In this document: positions 10,126 through 18,827 of the stretch, piece by piece
How positions within the stretch are numbered: the stretch's first letter is position 1
How the letters are laid out: each line of letters begins with the position of its first letter
Source: Acidimicrobiales bacterium
GTDB lineage: Bacteria; Actinomycetota; Acidimicrobiia; Acidimicrobiales; CATQHL01
Length of the DNA stretch: 64,000 bases
Direction of reading: 5' to 3'
Assembly (NCBI GenBank): GCA_965206165.1
Contig: OZ242194.1
Span: 367,451-431,450, forward strand
Notes under the pieces: generated by a model
What the model was told of the DNA's origin: nothing
Seen by the model: the letters and a program-made list of their open reading frames with translations, nothing else
The model's database searches: none
Made by a program: the position numbers and the translations under genes

Positions 10126-12300
10126 CTAGCCGAAGCGTTGCCGCGCCATCTCGATCAGATCGGCCAATTCTGTGGCGTCGGAATCACCCGGCAGGTCACG
10201 CGCTACGGCGCGGGACTCCTCGAGAAGGACAGTCATGTCCAGGTCGCGGTAGTCGACGAACGGGCTGCGCCGCAGCACCTCGGCGAATTCTGCCGCGACG
10301 GCGGCGAGCCGGAATTGTGGGTCGGCGGCCGCAAAGCTGTCGACCACGTCGCCGCGGCTGATGCTGCGATCGATCTCCCGAACCGACGCCCTGTCGGGGC
10401 GCTCGTAGCGCAGCGTCACGGTGGCAAGTTCCGCCGTCTCGCCCCTGGTGGCCCGCACTTCGAGTTCGTAGAGGGCGGTGGCGCTTTGCCCCAGGCCCAC
10501 CTCGCCGGCATCGACCGTGTTGTCGCGGAAGTCCTCGTCGGCAACATCACGGTTCTCGAAGCCCAGAAGCCGGTACGAGCGCACCGTCTCCGGGTTGAAC
10601 TCCACCTGGATCTTGGCATCGCGCGCCGCCAGGAGGAGCATGCCGCCCAGGTTGTCGCCGAAGATCCGGCGAGCCTGCTCCGAAGTGTCGATGTAGTGAT
10701 AGGTGCCGTCGGCCGAGTTCGCGAGTTGCTCCATGAGCACGTCGTTGAACGGACCGAGACCCACGCCGATCGTCGACAGGCCGATGTCGCCGCGTTCGCC
10801 GATCCGCTCCAGGATCTCCTCGGTGCTCGTGGCACCCACGTTGGCGACACCGTCGGACAGCAACAGCACCAGGACCGACCGCCCCGAGTCGGCCTCCGCG
10901 AGCGCCATCTCGAAGCCGCGCAACAGCCCCGCTTCAGTGTTGGTTCGCCCCTCGGGGATGACCTGCTCGCGCACCTGCTGCATGATTCGCGCCCTGTTGC
11001 CGGCCACGTCGGTCGGCTCGAGGATCGTGCGCACCTGCGTGTTGTAGGCCACGATGCCCACGCGCGTTCCGTTCGGCAGGCCGTCGAGCAGCACGTCCAC
11101 CGCCTTGTGCGCCAGCTGCATTCGCTCGAGGGGCTCGTCGCCGAAGTCGGCCATCTCACTCATGGAACCGGATCGGTCCAGCACGACGACCACCGCGTCC
11201 AGCACCGAGGAGCCGGCCAGCGCCTCGGGAGCCTGCACGCCCACACGGAGCAGCACGTAGCCGTCCCGGGCAAATGGCGACGGTGCCGCCGCCAAGTCGA
11301 TGACGAACTCGTCCCAGATGGACTCGTAGCCGCCGTCGAAGTAGTTCACGAACTCCTCCACGCGCACCGCCTCGGGAGGAGGCAACACGCCGCCCCGCAA
11401 ATGGTTCCGTGCCACCGCGTACGACGCCGTGTCCACGTCGAGTGCGAACGTCGACAGCGGATCGGCGGAGGTGTCGACAAACGGGTTGACGCCGTAGTCC
11501 TCGAAGATGTTCGACGAGCAACCCCAGCACTCTTCGGGAGAGGCCGGCTCCAGCGATTCCCCAGCCGATTCCCGCTGTGGCGACGACTCGGGGGCGGCCA
11601 TGGCCTCCTCCGGTGCTCCCATGTCCGCCATTGCATCAGCCATGTCGTCGGGGGTGACATCGATGACCGCAGCCTCCGCGGCAGGTGGCGGCGACGTCGT
11701 TGCGGGTGGCGGTGGCTCCGCTGCCGGAGGCGGCTCCGCCGGGGCCGGCGGTGGTGCCGCAGGTGCCGGGGCGGGCACCGCCGCCTGATTGCCGTCGACA
11801 GGCGCCGCAGCCGCCTGCGCGCTTGCCGCCTCTGCAGCGGACCTCGCCGCGTCGGCCTCCGCCTGCGCAGCCGCGACCTCGTTCCTCGCCGCGTCGGCCT
11901 CGGCCTGCGCAGCCGCGGCCTGAGAGCGCGCCGCGTCCGCTGCCGCCTGGGCGTCCGCCAGGGCGTCCTCCGCTGCCGAAACGGCCTCCTGGTTGCCTTC
12001 GGCGGTGGCCTGCGCCAGTGCTGCCGCCGCCATCGCAGCCTGTGCGGTCGCGAGGGCCTCCAACGCTGCCGCCATTTCGGCTGAACCCGCGGACCCGGCA
12101 GCTTCGGCCGGCGACTCAGGTGCGGCCGGCTCCGGCGCGGACGACTTCGACGGCGCTGGAGCGGGCTCGGGCACCGCCAAGTCCCCGCTCGGACCCGCCT
12201 CGGCGCCACAGCCCGCAAGCAGAGTGCCGACGGCCACCACGGCACCGACCGCTACCCAACGTCGCACGATTCGCCGCGATCGCAACTCGAACTGCTTCAT
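10126..12300 (-). CDS. YfbK-like von Willebrand factor A lipoprotein, paralog 2
   Basis: Lipobox LLAGCGA, Ala-rich repeats (AQAEADAAR...), a Pro-rich linker, NPFVDTSADPLSTFALDVDTASY, MIDAS DRSGSM and a conserved C-terminal region. RBS AGGAGGAAG before ATG 12300. Confidence 0.9.
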   Translation of the reverse strand: MKQFELRSRRIVRRWVAVGAVVAVGTLLAGCGAEAGPSGDLAVPEPAPAPSKSSAPEPAAPESPAEAAGSAGSAEMAAALEALATAQAAMAAAALAQATAEGNQEAVSAAEDALADAQAAADAARSQAAAAQAEADAARNEVAAAQAEADAARSAAEAASAQAAAAPVDGNQAAVPAPAPAAPPPAPAEPPPAAEPPPPATTSPPPAAEAAVIDVTPDDMADAMADMGAPEEAMAAPESSPQRESAGESLEPASPEECWGCSSNIFEDYGVNPFVDTSADPLSTFALDVDTASYAVARNHLRGGVLPPPEAVRVEEFVNYFDGGYESIWDEFVIDLAAAPSPFARDGYVLLRVGVQAPEALAGSSVLDAVVVVLDRSGSMSEMADFGDEPLERMQLAHKAVDVLLDGLPNGTRVGIVAYNTQVRTILEPTDVAGNRARIMQQVREQVIPEGRTNTEAGLLRGFEMALAEADSGRSVLVLLLSDGVANVGATSTEEILERIGERGDIGLSTIGVGLGPFNDVLMEQLANSADGTYHYIDTSEQARRIFGDNLGGMLLLAARDAKIQVEFNPETVRSYRLLGFENRDVADEDFRDNTVDAGEVGLGQSATALYELEVRATRGETAELATVTLRYERPDRASVREIDRSISRGDVVDSFAAADPQFRLAAVAAEFAEVLRRSPFVDYRDLDMTVLLEESRAVARDLPGDSDATELADLIEMARQRFG

Positions 12301-12346
12301 CGTCTTCCTCCTGCGGTTGCACGCGTCCAGCGCGTCCGATCACCCC

Positions 12347-12375
12347 TCAGACGACGCCGGAGCGGGAAAAGTTCC
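12347..12375 (-). promoter_or_regulatory. Predicted ECF-sigma-type promoter of vWA paralog 2
   Basis: Minus strand: GGGAACTTTTCCCGCTCCGGCGTCGTCTGAGGGGTG, i.e. GGAAC (12375-12371), N17, CGTCTGA (12353-12347). A small palindrome ACGCG-n5-CGCGT lies in the leader (12321-12335). Confidence 0.6.
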
Positions 12376-12536
12376 CGTGCGTTCCCACGATTTCGCGAGA
12401 GCGGTCACGGCGGCACGGACGACACGCCGACCGCCGGCGATACCTCCGGCAGCCGAGCTCCCACGAGAAGAGCCCCCTGCCGGACGGAGGCGCATCCGGC
12501 GGGGGGCTCGCAGGGGGGATCGTGTCGATTCTGGGT

Positions 12537-12571
12537 GAGGGGGGCGGCCCCTCCACAGGACCGCCCCCCTC
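12537..12571 (-). terminator. GC-rich terminator-like hairpin downstream of vWA paralog 3
   Basis: Perfect 11-bp arms gaggggggcgg (12537-12547) and ccgcccccctc (12561-12571) with a 13-nt loop, about 30 nt after stop 12604. There is no clear U-tract, so it is called terminator-like only. Confidence 0.5.
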
Positions 12572-12603
12572 GCGGCCGCGCCGTCGCGCAGCCGGTTTGC
12601 CGC

Positions 12604-14601
12604 CTAGCGGGCAGCCCGCTGGGCGGTCTCGATCAGCTGGGCCAGCTCCTCGGCGTCCCGATCACGACGTAGGTCGTCGGCCGCGTACCAGGCCTCCTCG
12701 GAGAGCAGGCCCATGTCGGCATCCCGGTACTCCACGAACGGGCTGCGGCGCAGCACCTCGGCGAACTCTGCTGCCACCGCGGCGAGCCGGAAGTGCGGGC
12801 TGGCCGAGGCGAACGACCTGGCAATATCGACGCCGCTGATGGTCTCCTCGATCTCGGTGATCGAGCCGCGGCGGGGGCGCTGGTAGCGCAGCGTGGCCGT
12901 CGCCAGCCAATCACGGTCGCCCCGCTCGCGGTCCCGGCGGGCCAACTCCAACTCGTACAGGGCGGTGGAACTCTGCCCCAGGCCCACCTCGCCGGCATCG
13001 ACAGTGTTGTCGCGGAAGTCCTCGTCGGCGACGTCACGGTTCTCGAACCCCAGCAGCCGGTAGGAGAGCACCGTGTCGGGGTTGAATTCCACCTGGATCT
13101 TGGCGTCCCGCGCTGCCAGCGCCAGCAGGCTCACGATGTTGGCACCGAAGATACGGCGCGCCTCCTGCGTGCTGTCGATGTAGTGGTAGGTGCCGTCGGC
13201 GGAGTTGGCGAGTTGCTCCATGAGCACGTCGTTGAACGGTCCGAGCCCCACGCCGATGGTGGTCAGACCGATGTCGTCACGGTCGCCAATCTCGCGCAGA
13301 ATGTCGTCGGTGCGGGTGGCGCCCACGTTCGCAACGCCGTCGGAGAGCAGCATCACCAGAACGTCACGACCCCTGCGGGACTCCCCAAGCGCCATGTCAT
13401 AGCCAGCTAGGAGTCCGGCCTCGGCGTTCGTACTGCCTCGCGGCCAGACGTCGGCCCGCACCCGGCGGATGATCTGATCCCGGTTACCGGTCACGTCGGT
13501 CGGCTCGATAATCGTCTCCACCCTGTCGTCGTAGGAGACGATGCCCACACGGGTGCCGTCCGGCAGGCCGTACAGGAGCAAATCGACCGCCTCGTGCACC
13601 AGCTCGATCCGCTCGAGCGATTCCCCTCCGTAGCCGGCCGTCTCGCCCATGGAACCCGATCGGTCGATCACCACGATCACACTGTCGGGAATCACGACAT
13701 CGGCCAGCACGTCGGGGGCCTGCACGCCCACTCGCAGCAACACGTAGCCGTCGCGACTGAACGGCGAGGGCGCCGCCTCCATGTCGATGACGAACTCGTC
13801 CCACTCCGGCTGGTAGCCACCGTCGAAGTAGTTGACGAACTCTTCCACGCGCACCGCCTCCATCGGGGGCAGCACGCCGCCCTGCAGATGGTTCCGGGAC
13901 ACCACGTACGAAGCAGTGTCCACGTCCAGCGCGAATGTCGACAGCGCGTCGCGGTACGTGTCCACGAACGGGTTCACGCCGTAGTCCTGGAAGATGTTGG
14001 AGGAGCATCCCCAGCACTCCCCCGGCCGGGTCGGCTCCACCGAACCCCACGCCGACTCCGCCGCAGCGGGCGCCGCCGCGGCTGCCGCCCGCGAGCTATC
14101 AGCCTGAGCCTGCGCCGAAGAAGCCTCGGCCCGCGCCGCGGAGGCCTCGGCCTGCGCCATCGACGCCTCGGAGCGCGCGGCGTCCGCGGCCGCCTGGGCC
14201 GAAGCCAAGCCAGCCTCTGCCGCTGCTACGGCCTCCTGATTGCCCTCGGCCGTGGCCTGCGCCAAATCCGCAGCGGCCTGAGCAGCCTCTGCCACGGCCT
14301 GCGCCTCGGCGAACACTTCCCGAGCCCGCTGTGGAGCCGCCGGTGGCGCGGGTTCCGGTGAGGGTGCCGGCGCAGCGTCTTGCCACTCGGCCGCCGGCGC
14401 TGGCGCGGGTTCCGGTGAGGGTGGTGGTGCTGCCGGAGACCCCGACCTCGTTCGGGCAGATTCCGCAGCCGCCGACGGCGACGCGGCCGCGGAATCATCG
14501 TCAGAACTGCAGGCCGTCGCCAGCAGGCTCGCCACCACTAGGGCGCCAATTCCCAACCAGAGCCTGGTGGAGATCCGGGATTTCGAATCGAACTGTTGCA
14601 T
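12604..14601 (-). CDS. YfbK-like von Willebrand factor A lipoprotein, paralog 3
   Basis: Lipobox LLATACSS, an Ala/Pro-rich region, NPFVDTYRDALSTFALDVDTASY, MIDAS DRSGSM and a conserved C-terminus. RBS AAGGAGGAG before ATG 14601. Confidence 0.9.
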   Translation of the reverse strand: MQQFDSKSRISTRLWLGIGALVVASLLATACSSDDDSAAASPSAAAESARTRSGSPAAPPPSPEPAPAPAAEWQDAAPAPSPEPAPPAAPQRAREVFAEAQAVAEAAQAAADLAQATAEGNQEAVAAAEAGLASAQAAADAARSEASMAQAEASAARAEASSAQAQADSSRAAAAAAPAAAESAWGSVEPTRPGECWGCSSNIFQDYGVNPFVDTYRDALSTFALDVDTASYVVSRNHLQGGVLPPMEAVRVEEFVNYFDGGYQPEWDEFVIDMEAAPSPFSRDGYVLLRVGVQAPDVLADVVIPDSVIVVIDRSGSMGETAGYGGESLERIELVHEAVDLLLYGLPDGTRVGIVSYDDRVETIIEPTDVTGNRDQIIRRVRADVWPRGSTNAEAGLLAGYDMALGESRRGRDVLVMLLSDGVANVGATRTDDILREIGDRDDIGLTTIGVGLGPFNDVLMEQLANSADGTYHYIDSTQEARRIFGANIVSLLALAARDAKIQVEFNPDTVLSYRLLGFENRDVADEDFRDNTVDAGEVGLGQSSTALYELELARRDRERGDRDWLATATLRYQRPRRGSITEIEETISGVDIARSFASASPHFRLAAVAAEFAEVLRRSPFVEYRDADMGLLSEEAWYAADDLRRDRDAEELAQLIETAQRAAR

Positions 14602-14647
14602 GATCGCTCCTCCTTCGTTTGCACGCGCTCAGCGCGTCGATCACCCC

Positions 14648-14676
14648 TCAGACGCCCGCTACCGGAGAAAAGTTCC
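14648..14676 (-). promoter_or_regulatory. Predicted ECF-sigma-type promoter of vWA paralog 3
   Basis: Minus strand: GGAAC (14676-14672), N17, CGTCTGA (14654-14648). Leader hairpin ACGCGC-tca-GCGCGT at 14623-14637. Confidence 0.6.
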
Positions 14677-14739
14677 CGGACTCAGCGAGCCGCCACTGCT
14701 CCCGTGCTCCGGCGGGTCTGCCGTCATTAGGATTGGGGC

Positions 14740-15924
14740 ATGGAACCCAAGGTGTCCCCATTCAAAGTGCCCGAGCGCCACCGCAAATGGGTGGACATCG
14801 CCGAGGAGTTGAGCCGGGACGCCTTCGCCCCTCGAGCCGCCATGGTCGATGCGGAGAACCGGTTCCCGTTCGAGAACTACGACGACCTACGCGCCAGTGG
14901 CCTCCTGCCGCTCATGGTGCCCGAACGCTTCGGTGGCATCGGCGCCGACTCCTTCACCTACGCCACCATCCTGTCGAGGATCGCACAGGGCTGTGCCAGC
15001 ACCGGGCTGACGTTCAACATGCACTCGGCGATCCTCTTCTTCCTGCGCCAGATCGCCACACCGGACCAGCAGGAGCGCTACTTCGGTGAGGTGGTCACCG
15101 ATGGCGCCGTGTTCTCGTCCATCACCAGCGAACCGGGAATCTCCTTCCGCCACAAGGGCAAGATCCGGACCCACATCGAGCGCGACGGCGACGGCTATCG
15201 ACTGACCGGCAGGAAGATCTTCTGCTCCCTGTCGACCGGTGCCACGTACTACTTCACCTGGAGCTTCCTCGAGGGTGCCGAGAGCCTCGCCGACGGGCTG
15301 CTGACAGTGCTCATCCCGGCAGGGCGGGACGGCATCACCATCCTCGACGACTGGGACACGCTCGGGATGAGAGGCACGGCGTCGAATTCCATCGATTTCG
15401 AATCGGTCCGCATCGAGCCTGAGGAAGTCGTCGGCGACATCGGCGCCATCCTGGGCCAGAACATGAGCATCTGGTCGGTCGGCTACACGGCTGTCTACAT
15501 CGGCATCGCCGAGGCGGCGTTCGAGTACTGCGTCAACGCCATGCGCGCACCGCGGTCCGACGGCAGCCCTCCCCGGAGCGAGGACCCCCTCACCTGGCAG
15601 CAGATCGGTCGGCTCTCGATGCAGCTCGAGGGCGCCCGCCGGGCGCGCGACACGTTGGGCTACCTGAGCGGCGAACTCGACACCGAGGCGCTGACCTACG
15701 TGCTGAACCAGGCCAAATACCTCGCCACTGAGGCTGCGCACGACATCACGACCCAGGGCATGCGGCTACTGGGTGGCCGGGGCCTGCACCGCGCGCTGCC
15801 GATGGAGCGATACCTACGCGACGCCATGGCCGGACTCGTCATGCCGCCGGCCAACGAGCGCTGCCTGGAGACCGTCGGCAAACTCGCCCTCGGCCTGCCG
15901 GCGAAGACGGTCGAGTTCGTATGA
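14740..15924 (+). CDS. Acyl-CoA dehydrogenase family protein
   Basis: 394 aa with the three-domain ACAD layout. C-terminal block GMRLLGGRGL...PMERYLRDA is typical of the family. Confidence 0.75.
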   Translation: MEPKVSPFKVPERHRKWVDIAEELSRDAFAPRAAMVDAENRFPFENYDDLRASGLLPLMVPERFGGIGADSFTYATILSRIAQGCASTGLTFNMHSAILFFLRQIATPDQQERYFGEVVTDGAVFSSITSEPGISFRHKGKIRTHIERDGDGYRLTGRKIFCSLSTGATYYFTWSFLEGAESLADGLLTVLIPAGRDGITILDDWDTLGMRGTASNSIDFESVRIEPEEVVGDIGAILGQNMSIWSVGYTAVYIGIAEAAFEYCVNAMRAPRSDGSPPRSEDPLTWQQIGRLSMQLEGARRARDTLGYLSGELDTEALTYVLNQAKYLATEAAHDITTQGMRLLGGRGLHRALPMERYLRDAMAGLVMPPANERCLETVGKLALGLPAKTVEFV

Positions 15925-16057
15925 TCCGGCGGGCAGCCGAGCGCGCAAGAGGCCGCGCAGGGCGGACCACGTCTCCAGCGGACAGCCACAGAGACGACAC
16001 AGATCGAACAAACGACACGACCGACACGACCGACACGATCCGAACCGGGAGGTAGCC

Positions 16058-16429
16058 ATGGCAAAGCTGACCAAGTTGGACCACGGGAGCATTTCTGTGG
16101 GAGACATCGACAAGGGTGAATGGTTCTACGGCGAGTTGCTGGGGATGACGCCGGTTCCGCGCCCCGACTTCGGGTTCCCCGGCGCCTGGTTCGACGCCGG
16201 CGGCACTCCCGTCCACCTCACGACCGGTGGGGACATGCGGGGCGCCGGTGTGAAGCTGCGCCCCAACGACCCGCACCTGGCGTTCCTGGTGGACGACATC
16301 GAGGAGATGGCACAGCAACTCACCGCCAACGGCATCGACTGGTGGGAGTTCCCCAACTCGCCCGCCGCCCTACGCCAGATCTTCTTCTGCGACCCGTGGG
16401 GCAACATGCTCGAGCTCATCGACTACTGA
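16058..16429 (+). CDS. VOC (glyoxalase/bleomycin-resistance/dioxygenase) family protein
   Basis: 123 aa: LDHGSISVGDIDKGEWFYGELLGM...HLAFLVDDIEE...DPWGNMLELI. Start at ATG 16058 after GGGAGG. The ORF-track N-terminal extension overlaps the ACAD gene. Confidence 0.7.
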   Translation: MAKLTKLDHGSISVGDIDKGEWFYGELLGMTPVPRPDFGFPGAWFDAGGTPVHLTTGGDMRGAGVKLRPNDPHLAFLVDDIEEMAQQLTANGIDWWEFPNSPAALRQIFFCDPWGNMLELIDY

Positions 16430-16834
16430 GCCGCCTCGACGCGCCCAGAGAACCATCGAGGAAATCCGGCCGCGGTCGCCCTTCTCGGCGTTGCTTGCAT
16501 CCAAGCCCCGCGCCTGCCGGACGGCGGGCCGCGTCCGAGCCGACCGCACCGAGCAGCGTCAGATCAATAAGAGTTGGGCTAAAACTCTTAAGCTAGTTCA
16601 ATCTGACCAAGAAAAACTGAACACACCCCACTCCCGAATCACCCCGATCGGACCAACCCGTCGAGGCCGGTAGAGAGACGTGCAGGATCTGCCGACGTCC
16701 GGCCGACTGCTGGTCGCCGGTTGCAGCCCAGAAATGCCTCGAGCGACGCCGCGAGTTGGCGGACCAACTACCACCCAATAATATTTAGCCTGAAACTCTT
16801 AATCAATCTGGAGCCGACTAAGGAACGCTGAACG

Positions 16835-18001
16835 ATGCACCGCGGCGAGACCGGCCACTACCGGGAAACGGCCTACAGGGGAGAGAAAGTCCGCGCATTC
16901 GTCCCGGCACCTCTCCCTCCGGTGCCCTCGCTCGTGCTCGACGGACCGCTGCTCCGAGTTCTCGAAGCCGCAAACCTTGCTCTCGGTCGCCTCGACGGCA
17001 TTTCGGCCCTGCTTCCCGACAAGTCGCTCTTCCTCTACCACTACGTGCGCAAGGAGGCCGTCCTCTCCTCGCAGATCGAGGGGACACAGTCTTCATTCGC
17101 AGATCTCTTACAACACGAGCGACACAATGCCCCAGGGGTTCCCGACGACGACATCACCGAGGTGTCCAACTACGTCGCAGCGTTGGAGCACGGACTGAAG
17201 CGGCTACGGGAGGACGACTTTCCGCTGTCGAACCGGCTCCTCCGGGAAGTCCACGGGGTCCTGCTCGCGTCCGGGCGTGGCAGCACCAAGACGCCCGGCG
17301 AGTTCCGACGCTCGCAGAACTGGGTCGGCGGAACCCGGCCCGGCAATGCCTCCTTCGTCCCGCCACCGGAAGACGAAGTGCAGAATTGCATGGCCTCGCT
17401 TGAGTTGTTCCTCCACTCGATCGACGACGACCTGCCGACTCTGGTGCGGGTCGGTCTGGCACACGTGCAGCTCGAGACAATTCACCCGTTCCTGGACGGC
17501 AACGGCCGGGTGGGGCGGCTGCTCATCACGTTCCTGCTCTGCCATGCCGGAGTGCTGCAGGACCCGCTGCTGTACCTGAGCCTCTATCTCAAGGAGCACC
17601 GCGACGAGTACTACCGGCTGCTCAACGAGGTCCGCCTCAGCGGCGACTGGGAATCATGGCTGGCATTCTTCCTGGAAGGCGTTCGCGTCACCGCGGAGGG
17701 CGCCTTTTCCACTGCGATGCGCCTGTCGGAGATGTTCAGGACCGACAGGACACGCATCTCGTCGCTCGGCCGCCAGGCCAACTCCGCCCTGCGGGCGCAC
17801 GACGCGCTCATGACCTCGCCGTTCCGCACTATCCCCGACGTCTGCCGCCACTCCGGGCTCTCCTACCCCGGCGCGGCAGCCGGTATGAACCGACTCGTCG
17901 AACTCGACATCGCGACGGAGATCCCAGGCGATCGCCGCGGTCGAGTCTTCGTCTACGACCGCTACCTGAGCATCCTTGCCGAAGGAACAGAGCCATTGTG
18001 A
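16835..18001 (+). CDS. Fic family protein (class II, auto-inhibited)
   Basis: Fic core HPFLDGNGRVGR. N-terminal inhibitory motif S-x-x-x-E-G (SSQIEGT) lies in the same polypeptide. C-terminal wHTH-like tail. Confidence 0.85.
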   Translation: MHRGETGHYRETAYRGEKVRAFVPAPLPPVPSLVLDGPLLRVLEAANLALGRLDGISALLPDKSLFLYHYVRKEAVLSSQIEGTQSSFADLLQHERHNAPGVPDDDITEVSNYVAALEHGLKRLREDDFPLSNRLLREVHGVLLASGRGSTKTPGEFRRSQNWVGGTRPGNASFVPPPEDEVQNCMASLELFLHSIDDDLPTLVRVGLAHVQLETIHPFLDGNGRVGRLLITFLLCHAGVLQDPLLYLSLYLKEHRDEYYRLLNEVRLSGDWESWLAFFLEGVRVTAEGAFSTAMRLSEMFRTDRTRISSLGRQANSALRAHDALMTSPFRTIPDVCRHSGLSYPGAAAGMNRLVELDIATEIPGDRRGRVFVYDRYLSILAEGTEPL

Positions 18002-18091
18002 TCTCATCGACCAGCATCGGCGCACGATGCCGGATCGGCGCATGATGCCTCCGCCTATGCTCACGCGGTTCGGCGGCCCGGGGAGAGCGCA

Positions 18092-18763
18092 ATGACGAGG
18101 ACGAGCGAAATCGAGCGTCTCAAAGCTGAGGTAGCGGCGACGGCACGGATGATGTCGGCAGCACGGCTCGTCGACGCATTCGGCCATGCGTCCGCCCGTC
18201 TGCCCGGCGGCGGCTTTCTGATGACCTCCACCGCACCGCTGCTCACGACGGCGGCCGACACCATTCTCACCGTCAACGACTCGGGCGAGACGATTCACGC
18301 CCCCGCGGGCAAGCCGCTGGAGATCGTCATTCACGCCGGGATCTACCGGGCGCGCCCCGACGTGGGCGCAATCTGCCGCGGCCACGGAGCCGCCATGGCC
18401 GCCTGGGGAGAGCGCGGCCCCGAGGTGCCACTGATGCACGGCATGGGCGGGCTGGCCGGCAAGGTGGTCCCGGTGCATCCCGACCTGGACCTCATCACGA
18501 CGCTGGACTCCGGCGACCGGATGGCCGCCACGCTGGGGGACAACCGGTCGATGCTGCTGCAGGCCAACGGCGGGCTGTCCGTCGGCGCCGACCTGGTCGA
18601 GGCCGCCACGCGGCTGTGGTATCTGGAGGAGCGCTGCAGGGTTGCGGTGGAAACCGCGGGACTCCCGCAACCGGTGGGCGCCTGGGAGCAGCGCCTCAGC
18701 CACAGTGCGCCCGAACTCATCCGCGCCAAGGCCTGGTTCGCGGCACGTTTCGGCGACGGCTGA
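18092..18763 (+). CDS. Class II aldolase/adducin domain protein
   Basis: 223 aa. The N-terminal AARLVDAFGHASARLP...FLMTS pattern and overall length fit the class II aldolase/adducin fold. Confidence 0.6.
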   Translation: MTRTSEIERLKAEVAATARMMSAARLVDAFGHASARLPGGGFLMTSTAPLLTTAADTILTVNDSGETIHAPAGKPLEIVIHAGIYRARPDVGAICRGHGAAMAAWGERGPEVPLMHGMGGLAGKVVPVHPDLDLITTLDSGDRMAATLGDNRSMLLQANGGLSVGADLVEAATRLWYLEERCRVAVETAGLPQPVGAWEQRLSHSAPELIRAKAWFAARFGDG

Positions 18764-18827
18764 GGCCGGCCGGTCTCCTCGGCGCCGAAGCGTGGGCACA
18801 ACGCCAGAGACCGCCAGAGACGCAGCC

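Noticed and set aside
9514-12084. Long antisense ORFs: 9514-12084 (+), 363-1871 (+), 3957-5456 (-), 17654-19327 (-), 37947-39809 (+), 44319-46097 (-), 60395-61852 (-) and 62063-63373 (-).
   Set aside because: These are typical high-G+C shadow ORFs. Their composition is Arg/Gly/Pro/Ala-rich, they carry no family motifs, and each lies opposite a gene with clear motifs and better third-position G/C bias.
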